A stretch of DNA of 62,142 nt, the filler included, from Basidiobolus ranarum (lineage: Eukaryota): NCBI GenBank assembly GCA_040143965.1. It is 9 parts of 9 records of this genome, joined end to end, with 100 filler letters (N's around TTAATTAATTAA, not from the genome) between each part and the next. Parts side by side here need not be neighbours in the genome. Positions count along the whole stretch, not along the records: positions 1 to 6,829 come from JASJQH010008109.1; positions 6,930 to 13,757 come from JASJQH010008110.1; 7 more parts are not named here. One strand, 5' to 3'. Below are positions 1-11,882 of this stretch, piece by piece. The notes beneath the pieces are model-generated. The model made no database searches, had not been told where the DNA came from, and worked only from the letters and a program-made list of their open reading frames with translations. How positions within the stretch are numbered: position 1 is the first letter of the stretch; the number at the start of each line of letters is the position of its first letter. A program made the translations under genes and the position numbers.

Positions 1-224
1 CATTGTTGACAAACCATTTTTAGCTTTGTTACTCCCTCCCACTCCACTTAACAGTGTCTTAGATTCTACTGACTTAACTTTTCTGCTTTGCAACATTCAT
101 ACAAATACTCCTGATCACCATACATTAGTTAAGAAACTACAAAAGTAGTTATGGCTTCTTTGTTTTGTTTGAAATAAAGATTTCACCTTTTGGTGACTGT
201 CTCCCCCCCTAACCCTAAAGTTAG

Positions 225-345
225 TGACAATATTTAAAGTAAATTCCAATGGAAAATAATGGGCAATATCTTAGTTCAATATAAGATAACTAAATACCAA
301 GATATATATAACTATATAGGTGTTTAGACATTGCTAATTTCATCA
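225..345 (-). mobile_element. Partial copia LTR (family B)
   Basis: Matches the end of the LTR-B copies at 28574-28921 and 37004-37348 (aatataagataactaaat...tataggtgtttag...aatttcatca). Left boundary approximate. Confidence 0.7.
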
Positions 346-719
346 ATTTTCTCCCCTCCCCCACCTGCACTCTTACCAAGAGAGCAGCTTGGCATAAGAT
401 GCAGGTGCCTTTCATCCCTCCTAACCCAAATCTGCTCTAATCATCTTAAAAACATCCAATTCATCCATTGTACTTATAGGAATGCTTTTTATGATGTATC
501 AGCAGAGTAACACTCCACTCAAGAAAAAGAGAATACACAAGCTATTTGAGATATAAAAGTAAATACTGTAAACCCGCTTTAGTGATGATGCTTGCCTCTT
601 CTGGCCCTTGCATTCACTGCTAATTGAGAGTTAGATCATGTATCGAATACTTCCTGCTGCTACTTTTTAATTCGGACTATGAATACAATCTTTATTCTGT
701 GTCGGCGTGTCCGAACAGA

Positions 720-1973
720 TCATTGTTCACCTTTCATTGTTAAAATTAATCTTTCCTGGCTAGATCTATCAAGAGTTGCTTGGTAAGCTTTAACGATGTT
801 CTCTAGAGAGTCAAAGGGAACTTCGGTCACATCTTTCCCTATCTTATAAGTACCATCGTCGAAATGTGGTCTCAAGGTGTCCAGCATTCTAGCTCCATCA
901 ACTGGATTCATTCGACCAGAGCTCAGACCAAGAAGAGTTAGAGACTTGGCGTAAAATTTACGCAGATTAAGAGATGCGTGACCATCTTTATTGTGGACTG
1001 CCATCACCACTATCTTTCCTCTACCGTTTGAATCCAGGACGTCCATCACATCGTTGATAAGAGCATCAGAACCGTAAGCGTCGATTACTACTGTAATTTT
1101 ATTCCGGAACCCATGATCAGTCAAGAACCGAGCTGGAGAAGGATAGGACGAGAGGTCAATTGGAATATGACTAGTAACCTTCGGCGGAGATTTAGAATAA
1201 GTCCCAAAAATGTTTTTGACCCTTATTTGAGAACACATCTGGAGTGCTGCAGAACCAATTGCACCTCTAGCACCTTGAATATGCATAATAATAGAATGCA
1301 GAGTTGTAATTATTATTCCTATTGATAGAAGCTTATGTTCGGTTGGTCAATGATATCTATTTCTTACCGATTATGAGCACATTATCATCCTCTTCAACTT
1401 TGGCAAGAGTTTTTACCGCCAGGTGAGCACACAACCAAGGTAAGCCCACCGAGGCGGCTTGAGCAAAATTGAGAGTCGTAGGTTTCTCACTTAATGCGTC
1501 CACATGTACCTTTATTACACTGCACTCAATGTTAATGTTAAGAGTTTTGATAGGTATTTTGTACAATCGCTTGGCATGAAATTTACCTCGAATGTGCTCC
1601 ATCTAAGGTAAAACCGACCTCTCCACCGGTACCCCATACTTCCTTTCCTATCCATTTTTCGTTCTGTTGATCAGCCACTTCTTCAACGACTCCGGAAAAG
1701 TCTCTTCCAGGCGTACGAGGGGTAGTCGTAAATGGAAGCCAACCAAGCACGCTGACAACATCAGACTTTAATTACAGAAAATCCATTAGCAACTAAACAC
1801 CATGATTTGCTCTTGTTCCTGAAATATACCATATTAATTCCACTAGCTCTCACACGAACGTAGGCTTCACCAGACTTAAGTAATGGCAGCTCTATCTTCT
1901 CAAGTTTGAGATTTTCTAAGGATCCAACCTTATCAAAGCGAAGGGCACGAGCAACTTTGGTAACAGTATTCAT
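720..1973 (-). CDS. Medium-chain dehydrogenase/reductase, zinc-free quinone-oxidoreductase-like, 4 exons
   Basis: Spliced reading gives MNTVTKVARALRFDKVGSLENLKL...VRVRASGINM|SDVVSVLGWLPFTTTPRTPGRDFSGVVEE...EVWGTGGEVGFTLDGAHS...KPTTLNFAQAASVGLPWLCA...VLIIG|ARGAIGSAA (Rossmann GxxGxxG). GT-AG introns are present, for example 1829-1766. Stop TGA at 720-722. No catalytic Zn cysteines. Confidence 0.9.
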
Positions 1974-4198
1974 GATTGATGCGTACTTCTTCGTCCAGGT
2001 AGCATTATAAGTACTTTGAGGTATCAAATCGTACGCCGTATCAAGATTTGGGTTTTGGGTGTTACGTCCGACTATATTGCCTATTTTATCACGCCTTCTC
2101 AATTCTCAGTGTTTGTGGTGGAATATAATTACTGGGAAAATTGAACTGGCAGACGAATTGACATGATTTAGTTTTTTTAAATCCATTCATTTAAGCTGTA
2201 GATAGATTTGTTTGGCAAATAGGCACAGAGCTGGTACGTGACGCAAGTAAAACAACTAAAACAGGGCCGCTGCTAGATAGAGATATGAATCAGGGGGATA
2301 TTCACCTAATCAAAGCCTCATTACGAATTATGCTGGGCCAATCAGGATGCGCGCACCAAGGTGAAAGCATTAGATTAGAGTATAGATTAAGTAGCCTAAG
2401 CTGACAGCCATCTCATTGATGTTTGATGCTACAGTACTAAGTAGAGGGGTGTGGTGTGGTTTACATGTGGTCGCATAAATACCGCCAAGGGTGATGCTGT
2501 AATGGCTGAGATTGAGTCAATGGTGTCTCAGTGTCAGCATGAATATGGTTTGTATTTGGTAATTATTGGAAATCACATGAGATATTTTCCTCCTTTTGTA
2601 GTCTCTGAGCGGTTAAGAATTATCTTTGATCATATTCTCGGAGAGTCAAGGACAGGTGTAGTAACCTATGTTTCTTTAATAAACTCAAATAGGGTGTAGA
2701 ATCTATGACTTTTCTTTTTACTAGCAATACTGTCAGGTTATCTTTTAATTTCAGTTACTGCTACATTTGTCTGGAATTATTGCTGATTACTTCGATCACA
2801 GGCTTCTTGGCATCAAATTCGTTTTCTTAATAATTAGCATGAATCCTATGTCAAATGATTTAGCTATACTACATTCCATGACAATGGACACTTCCGATTA
2901 TTATATTTGGTCTAAGATCTATAACTCATTGGCCAAGTATCCTGCAAGAGCTATGCCCTACGAGGTCTAATGGTTACCGCAGTGTCAACGGAATTGGCAT
3001 TAGAAACTATCCGTAGCCAAGCCTCAAGTTAATTTATAAAATGCTCTTCACTCTTTGTTCACTCTTGTAGAGTATGCAATACAGTAGATATCCCTTACTA
3101 GTTGTCCACTTGATAAAGCACCCGAGACATGTTGAACCGCAGCTCCTGTATATAGTAAGGTCAAGATTGTTAGGATTGCATGTTTAAGCAGCAACATCTG
3201 CCAACAAAAGCCATTGTTCAAGTTCAATAATCACAATATTATACAAGCATTCGTTGAACTTTATAGTATTATTGTATAGTGAGTTTAATATGGATAGCAG
3301 GAAACTATCATTTATCAGATGTTATGCTTACATTGTACCTGCCTCACAACCCTGTATACCTCGAAATAACACTATTGGTGGCAAAACTTGGAGCATATTA
3401 TGTCTTTAAACACATTCATTATATTCATGTTAGTAGCATGCGCCACTATTAGGATGCAGTTGAATAACACAAAAGTTTAGCCGCGATTTGAACACGGGAA
3501 TCTCCATACTGTTCACGATTCTAGCCTATTATATCAACCAAGCCTTCATATATTGTGGTCCGCAGTACACAATTGACTCGTCCCTTGTTTACCCGGATCT
3601 TCGTACCATGTACATGGATGCTGCTGGAACGGAAATCTACTCAAGTGATCAAATGTTACGTCATTGCGGGGAGTGTAACCAGGTACCTCATAGCAACTTC
3701 TAATTAACTGGAGACAACTCATTGTGTGTATTGTTTCTCAAGTGGTAAGTGATGTAGATTGTCAAGATCGAATTCTGATTCAAGGTCAGGTAAAAGGAGA
3801 AAAGTGTCGTTGGTTGGTTCGATAACCGCTCCTGAAGTTGGGTTAGTGCCAGAGTAGGTTGCTAGGACTTTGAAGTCACTCACGCAAATGTGTCAAAGTG
3901 GCAAATAGACCAGGTGGCTATCATAGATCGAGTGTGTCAGAGGATGAGAGTCAAAGTAATCATGGGGCAGGTTGGTGAAAGTAAATTCTCCTGCACTCTC
4001 CCCAATCACCGAGTATATGTGCTACTTGAGTTCGTGCTTACCTGCGCCCACCCCATACTTCCCAAGCCCCAATGATAACATCATCTCATTGGTATCTCAA
4101 AGCAATGTCTATCGACGAAAATACTATTTTAACGCTGCACGGCATGGAAAACCCTACAACCAAGTATTCCTCTACATACATCTGTTTACAAGTCCAAC

Positions 4199-5486
4199 AT
4201 GTCATTAAGTGCCTCATCTACTAAATGGGATGCTCGATTTACTGGTCCTGTTCCCCATAATAATGCCTACTATGGAAAATGCTTCGTTGGTGGTATCCTA
4301 GCTTGTGGCTTAACCCATACCGCTATCACTCCATTAGATGTTACAAAATGTAATATGCAGGTAAAATCACTCTTTGACTGGTTCTACAGTGTTTGAATCT
4401 AAAATGAGACGAATTCAAAAAATCAATTTGACTGGTTCTATGAAGACTGTTCACACCCGATTTGGTACTCCATTAAATCTCGATTTGTTTTGTCTAGGTC
4501 AACCCTACTCAATACAAAGGATTGTTTTCTGGTTTACGCTTGATTGTCGCTCAAGAAGGATCTAAGGCTCTTTGGAAGGGCTGGGGACCTACTTTAGCTG
4601 GGTATTCAGCTCAAGGTGCCTTTAAGTTTGGTCTTTATGAATTTTTTAAAGACTTCTATGGCAATCTAGTTGGTCAAGAGAACTCCATCAAATACAAAGA
4701 ACTTATTTGTATGCATTTCTCCATCATTCTTTATTTCATTCTGGCGGCTTAATAAGCTTCTTGTTTTCAGGGTGTGCTGGTTCTGCTTCGGCCGAGTTCT
4801 TTGCTGATATTGTTCTCTGCCCAATGGAAATGACTAAAGTCAAAGTTCAAACCTCTGTATCTGGTACTTTCCCCACCGCATTTGGTGCTGCTCTCAAGCA
4901 AATGGCTAACAATAGAGTGGAGACTCGCTTTCCCTTTGGATCTCTTGGTCCTTTATGGTCACGACAGTAAGTATTTCTACGTTGATTAGAACCATTTGAG
5001 AAAATTATTTTTATTACTTGAATTTACATTCTTAGAATCCCCTACAACGTCTCCAAATTCTTCTTCTTCGAAAAGATTGCTCAAGGTTTCTACACTTACG
5101 TCTTTACCGCGCCAAAAGATTCCTACTCCAAAACCACCCAACTTGGAGTTACATTTGCTTCTGGTTATTCCGCTGGTGTTATTTGTGCTATTGTTTCCCA
5201 TCCCGCTGATACCATAGTTTCGTTGATGTCTAAGCCAAGTAATAAGGGGAAAACCATCACTGAAATTGCCAAGGAAACAGGATTCAAAACCTTGGTTTCT
5301 AAGGGATTAGGAACTAGAGTTCTTATGATCGGTACTTTAACCGGTAAGCATATATCGTGGCATAACGCTTGTACCTGATTCCAATTATTGACTCATATAT
5401 CTTAAGGTCTGCAATGGTGGATTTACGATTCGTTCAAATCAGCCTTTGGAATGGGCACTACTGGAGGTGCCGTGGAAAAGAAATGA
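4199..5486 (+). CDS. PIC2: Mitochondrial phosphate carrier (SLC25A3/PIC2-type), 5 exons
   Basis: GGILACGLTHTAITPLDVTKCNMQ|VNP, GWGPTLAGYSAQGAFKFGLYEFFK, AEFFADIVLCPMEMTKVKVQT, LWSRQ|IPY, SHPADT, RVLMIGTLTG|LQWWIYDSFK. Carrier PxDxxK-type motifs and canonical GT-AG introns. The first helix resembles PIC2 and animal PiC more than yeast MIR1. Confidence 0.93.
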
Positions 5487-6829
5487 TTGTCGACTCGGTT
5501 ACCAAATATTAAGTAGTTTGACGGATGATATTCATATTGGTATCTCAATAGCAAGATTTGCAGTTGATCTACATTTAAGTATAAAATACATCGAATTTAT
5601 TAACAGGCGTGGTTAGCGCATGAATAGATTGTTGAGATTCATTTTCGGCAGAATTGTTGATCGTAGTTAGCTCCTTATTTGCTATATATAATCACCATTA
5701 TGAAAACATTTCTAAGTCCACACATAGGTGACAGAGTGACCAGCAATTTACTATCTACTGAACAATTTAGCGTACCAGATTGATATACTCCTCTTTCCTA
5801 AAAAGGGACATTCGATTACAAGTGGAACCAAGCAGACATTATAACCATGTGGAACTTCAACTACCTAATGAATTATTAAACTGGATTTCCTGGAATGTAA
5901 AACAAATGGTTACATCTCGTGAAATATTGAGAACCCCAAAATCCATCAATCCTTGGTCCGTACTACTTGGTTTACTAGTTATTTTTGGCTTGAGCCATTG
6001 CGATCACTAATTTTCTAAATCTGCATATATTTATGATACGTGAATACCAAGCATCCCCAGACATGAGAAACTTGACCACAGAAGTGAAATCATATTCTCA
6101 AGTTTGGTAATGTTGCATATATACCAAATGTTCACTAGTAAAAAGACAACTTAGATCACATCCCATGGTTTTTGAGCTGGAGGGCTGTATCACACGAGCG
6201 GTGTTTCTCTCTGCTACCCTTGGAAGCATAGGTCCAGCCGCAACCCATTGCATATGTTATGAACTATATTTCAACCTGGAGTATAGGTTCAGTTTAATAA
6301 TGCGAGTAGTTAAATTTAGCAAACAGCTCCCAGTCATGAAATTGATGGAAGGCTTTGTCTATACCGGCCTTCTACTGTGGAAACGTATCAAGTACGAATT
6401 GATTATGTTTCCACCAGGCCATTCTTGACAAGTGTTAACCATCGTATGATTTTCTTACCTGCATAGTTGAGATCGTATAAGATCATGCGGCTAGATATCC
6501 TACAGTGTTTTAATCTATAATGACAGGAATTAAAACAATCAATTAGGCATTTTAAAGTGGACGAAAACTTATGATTGTTCAAAGACTTACTCTGTATCAA
6601 AGGTTTAGTGTTGCGATAACCACACAGGATTGTTTGCTTTTTTCGTTGGTCGACTGCTGCTAACTGATAAGATACCCTTTCTTTTTGTTGCTTCAATACG
6701 CAAAACGTTCTGATCATTCACCCTTCTTACCCCGATAATTGAGTATTAGATCTTTGTCAGTTCTTGATTCTTTCGAAGCTTTCTGTTTGTCTGGCTTGTA
6801 GTTATTGAGGAGTGACAAAAAGACTTCTT

Positions 6830-6929
6830 NNNNNNNNNNNNNNNNNNNNNNNNNNNNNNNNNNNNNNNNNNNNTTAATTAATTAANNNNNNNNNNNNNNN
6901 NNNNNNNNNNNNNNNNNNNNNNNNNNNNN
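6830..6929. other. Artificial contig linker N44-TTAATTAATTAA-N44
   Basis: The same 100-nt linker, with stops in all six frames, also occurs at 13758-13857, 20683-20782, 27603-27702, 34517-34616, 41428-41527, 48337-48436 and 55241-55340. Confidence 0.99.
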
Positions 6930-7268
6930 AGCGGCGTAAGCACTGCTGCATTATCACCACCATTGCCAGTGCCGCCGTTACCATCACCATGGCCGTTTCC
7001 TCCTTTTCCAACATCATAAGCACCAGTGCCATTACTACCGTTGCCACTGCATTATCACCACTACTGCCAGCATCGCCGTTACCGTCATCATTGCCTTTTC
7101 CAGTATAAGCATTGCCATTATCTCCTCCATCACCAGCACCACCGTTAAAGAGATCCTTGGTGTCGTATGGCCCATTGCCTCTTGCTTATAACCTTGGATT
7201 TAGTGCAGTTGCATTAATAGCCCCAAGTCCGGAGAGAAGACACATAACTTGGGAGCGGAAAATTTCAT
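6930..7268 (-). pseudogene. Disrupted secreted Gly/Asn/Asp-rich repeat protein (runs off the contig end)
   Basis: ATG at 7268. After a frameshift it reads SQVMCLLSGLGAINATALNPRL*ARGNGPYDTKDLFNGGAGDGGDNGNAYTGKGNDDGNGDAGSSGDN, then after a second frameshift SGNGSNGTGAYDVGKGGNGHGDGNGGTGNGGDN. TATAAA on the minus strand at 7365-7370. Confidence 0.65.
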
Positions 7269-9639
7269 TATGAAGTATTTATATGTTTCTGATAGCTCAA
7301 AGTTGTTTCTATACCATCTAGGAAAGATATTTTAGTGATTTCTTTTAGCGTACTGTGGTTGCCTTTTATAATCCTCTATTCTTTACACTTAGTTACCCCT
7401 TCAACTCTTTGATACCAATTTTATTTCTCCCATTTTAGTGATGCGTATGCATGGGGTAAGATCCAAATCGGAGTATAGCATCAATGTAGTGTATGGCAGC
7501 GATAATGTTAACTGTTATGAGGACGTTAGTACCCTTTCTGATATTGAGTCAACTGTGATTATACTGAAGGGTTAACTTCCCCTAGGCAGGCTATACAATG
7601 CATGATATATCACCAACCGCTTTCTTTTAGCGTTATCCAAGATATTGAAATCTTTTGCAGCGCTTGTACCATTTGGAGTGAACCTGCAGCGTTTAAACTT
7701 TGTTGGATTTGACATTGGGAATTACCCCCTTCCATTTGACCCTAAATTACCGAACATTTTGATATTAAACCTAAAGTTACAATATACCATATTTTACTTT
7801 ACGTTATATTTTACACATATCTAACAAAAATAATTTTACCCATAGTAAACCTTATATTTTATACATTATTTTAATTATCTAATATTATATATTACATTAT
7901 TAAAAAGGTATTCGCCTATATTAAATAATATTTAACATGCATATCGATCTTTTTTCTGTAGTTTATATATATATATATAATGGTAGAAACCAAATTTGGT
8001 AAATTACTTAAAAAGGTACTTGTGATAGCGTGCAATTTAACACTAACTATTCGAGAGAGACTACTATACGGTCAAGAATAAGAATATCTAATTAGTTGGT
8101 AGTTGAACTTTATTGTAGCATCTACTGATGACCATTCACTCGGAGTTGCGAACCTCTGGCTGTCCCAGTACACCTGATTTTCGCAAATCTGTCACCAGTA
8201 TCACGCGTTTCTCAAGTCTTTAATATTCTTGACATCATATATTAATGTCAACCCTAGGTTCCAGAGGGCAACATCCTCAATATAAATTGAAACCATAAAT
8301 AGGACATCTGACTTTGCTATATATAAATTACCTTAGCCATAAAGGATGCACAACTTCTTATACATACAGCAATAATGCATTCAAAAACTTCATAATGTAT
8401 GCAAAAAACTCATCCTACTTGTTTTCAAGCAATTACTTACCATATGCACACAGGAATGGCATTTTGGAACGTAGCTACTTATTTCATAGTCAAAAATATG
8501 GTGCTTTATGGGTTTCATATACGTGGATATTTCACTTGCATGTTGTGGTTATGGGAATTTGTGTATTACTCATTTATCCACCGGTTTTTTCCGAAATCGG
8601 TGCTATAAAAGGACAGAGTTCCATTACATTTCCAGTCTTTGTCTCCTAATGTTAGCATAGATGAGTATTAGTGTGCTGTCCGTAAAGAGAAGTGTAGAAA
8701 TAACTCTTCGGTTGATGATCTTGACTTTTGATTTGATAGCAAACTGTCAGAATGCGCAAACTTTTCTCGCCTGGTTATTGGAGTAATTAATTGACAAGTT
8801 AACTCATGTGGTAAACAGGACTGGTCTTTCACTGTGATTCGTAATCATTATTTTATAGGATTCTCATCTGTTTGTGGCATTTGATCGGGCTGAGATAAAA
8901 GAGTATTTCCTAACTGTGATGCTATTGCCATTGAACCTGAATTCTGTAACTTTTCTCTTTTGTAATGTTATTCTCCACTTCAGGCTGAGCCGATACTTTA
9001 CGTCCGAACTTCCTTGACTGTTGAAACTCGCGTCATTCAAATGATAGCAGGAATAACTTCCTCGAGTTGAGGGGGTTTAAGGTTCAAGTTCTGACCAGAT
9101 CGGTATTTCTTTCTTTTTCAGCCAGCTTATGATTTATCTTTGAACGCATGCATAATAATTCTTCTATCTTATTTATCAGTTACACTAGTGCTCATATATA
9201 TTCACTTTTTTGCATGCATGTTATCAAATGAAAATATCTCAGAATTTACTCGATGTATCAACCCGATATCTGTCTATTTATTGATTGTAAGAAATTTGAT
9301 TGGTGCTAGCAAGCAAGATTTATATGAAACATGCTATGACAATATAATTATAGTGCCAAAAACATGCTAATCTCAAAACTGATTCACTCTCTGTAATGAA
9401 TATAAATGTGTAAATATCACCAAGAGTAGTGGAATCACTTTCAATACATGATAGACTGTTATTTGGGCTCTACTTAAGCAGTGTGACAAATAGCAAGTTA
9501 ATATATTGAGTAAATGCAAAGATATTGTCATTTGAAAAAATGCATGCAAAATAGGTGAATCAGTTATGAGCGCTAGTGTATATTGGGTGCGGTATGATAA
9601 AACTGTCAAATTGCTATATCATCATCTCAAGAATTCCTG

Positions 9640-10000
9640 ACCCATTCCCAGGGATTGGTACATTCAAAGATATGCGAATAGCTTTCATAGAATTTCTAAC
9701 ACTTACACAAACCATTCAGAGAATTGAACCATGTACACAACAACTATAACAGACATATAGTACTGTGTATAAGCCAATTTATCAGTTGCACAGATTCGTT
9801 GAATAAATGATAGCGCATGTCACTGAAAAGATATATGCTGCTGCACTACACAGTTTTTATTGAGTTGAATATAAAAACGCAAACCACAAGTCTACTGAGG
9901 CAGCGAAATCTACCAAGATCCACAAATCTACTAAAACTCATAAATCCACTGAGACTCCTAAGAGTCAACTGCCAAGATTACTGAGACTGTGAAGACCGTA
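9640..10000 (+). pseudogene. Decayed remnant resembling the Ser/Thr/His-rich Cys-domain protein at 11883
   Basis: About 9880-9970 reads NHKSTEAAKSTKIHKSTKTHKSTETPKSQ, and upstream agccaatttatcagt reads SQFIS. Both echo THKST and SQFISD in the intact gene. No open frame. Confidence 0.4.
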
Positions 10001-11820
10001 TAAAGCAAGTACACTATGTATGGGTGAGATTACCCTTAATAATTTTATGCTTAGAGGGTACACGTAGCTTCTGGTTCTACGAACAAGTAATGGTCTAGAT
10101 GAACCATCTGGACGATACGATTAAAAGCAGATTAACATTCCGAATTCAGTACTTCCTTACTCCTGTATCTCCTTGAAATGGTCAGGTGCATGAACTCGGT
10201 TAAATCAACCCGGCGAGCAGATCGATCAGTACCTCCAATAGAAACAGTGCAAATGGGGATCCAAGTCAAAACAAATAAAATTTGGCCCAAAAGAGGAAGC
10301 CATACGATTTAGGCTTATCCTGTACTTGAATATTGTAAGACACAGTACTTAATATCAAGTTGAGAAGGTATGACCAATTACAACTCCTCTATTCACAGCT
10401 TAGTTATACTCTTTTAGTAGCATCCAAATGATTTCTCAATAAAAGATGGTGTCTACACAGGTATATGCTAATCTATTGCGCTCTGGTGTGTGCTGGATTT
10501 GAGCATCTCGACACTACTCATTAGTTCAAAAGCTCTAGACAGTGTATATTTGATCACTGTTCATACCATTATAGGCCATGAACTTAACATACATTATCGT
10601 TTGACTATAATGTCTAAATAGAATTCTTTTGAGAGATAACAAGAGACAAGTGAGAAGTCTAGGGTAGAGTGCAGGATACTCATTAAGGGGCAATCAGTAA
10701 CATACGAAAGAAAATGATGAGTTCGAAGTTAAGCCAAGAAATATCAGTGACATGGATGCCGGCAAAATTGAAGCATCATATTGGAACTAAACAGAAAGTA
10801 ATCCGAGTTCATCCAGAAATTCGGTTTGTTCGAATGATACTTCCAAAAGTGCATTTGCGAAAATCCTGATGTTACAAACATAGAGGTCACTCATTATTGA
10901 AAAGAGCATACGTTTACACCATTGGAAGTAATGTGGGATGATGTAAACGAACAGATCGATCAAATAATGCCTTTGGAGGAGCATTAGGTACCTGTATAAA
11001 ATGAATATTGCCTATTCCCAACCATCGTATGATGATCTTCAAGTGCCGTTTACTTGTTAGCCGATAAAGTAGATTCTATTTGCTATGTAATCTTTGTAGT
11101 TGCTGATCATGTACCACGTGTCTATTTCCAACATTTCGGTTACTTGGCAAAAGCGGGATTGCGGCAATCAGGCATCATCATGCCATATAGTTTACTCTTA
11201 CCATTTATCACATTTATAATGTGGACAGTATCCATGAAATCATCCGGGAGTTAGTAATCTGATCGATACATTCGTCATCTGTTGCTTCATCAGAAGCCTA
11301 AGTAGAAGATTCTGTCAGTATGAGCGTTCTAGGTATAGCACGTTATTATTGATTCATGGTTCTTACATCGTAATGGAAATCTGGACCATTTGCTCAACTC
11401 TAGCCTTGCTTCATTTTGTTAGACTGGACACTATAGCAAACGCAATGGTATAATTTCATTTTACCATGATTTAGGTAGTAGGTAGATTGCGAAGCCCAGT
11501 GCAAGTTTTTTGAGCACAATTCGCATGTGTATTCGGGGTTCAGTCCCATTGCTTTAAAAACATTTCATAGTAACCACGTGCAGCATAATAGCTTTGACTC
11601 TCTCAGTTACCTTCCTTATTCGATATGACCTTGCAGAAATATCCTTATTCAGCTAATCAGTTTGGGCCAACCTTATATTAGTAAAATACAGACCGGGAGT
11701 GACATCGAGGTCAGACAGAAGGAAAAATTATCAACATTTGAAGCTGAACAATGATTCCAGATCGTAAATGACGAAAATGCCAAGATATTGATACAACACT
11801 TGAATTGCAAAGTCAAATTA

Positions 11821-11828
11821 TATAAATA
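11821..11828 (+). promoter_or_regulatory. TATA box
   Basis: TATAAATA about 60 nt upstream of the ATG at 11883. Confidence 0.55.
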
Positions 11829-11882
11829 CAGTGATGCTTTACAAGTCGTAAGTTAGTGAAAGACTGAAAAGTAACCCGCAAA

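Noticed and set aside
204-219. Telomeric CCCTAA repeat
   Set aside because: Only two units, internal to the contig.
5780-6010. MULE-associated protein fragment
   Set aside because: Similarity is impressionistic; there are no DDE motifs or TIRs.
6874-6885. TTAATTAATTAA recurring about every 6.9 kb as a periodic biological motif
   Set aside because: It is always centred in N runs and is an assembly linker with six-frame stops.
7740-7990. Very AT-rich tract as an origin or centromeric element
   Set aside because: Low-complexity sequence with no diagnostic structure.
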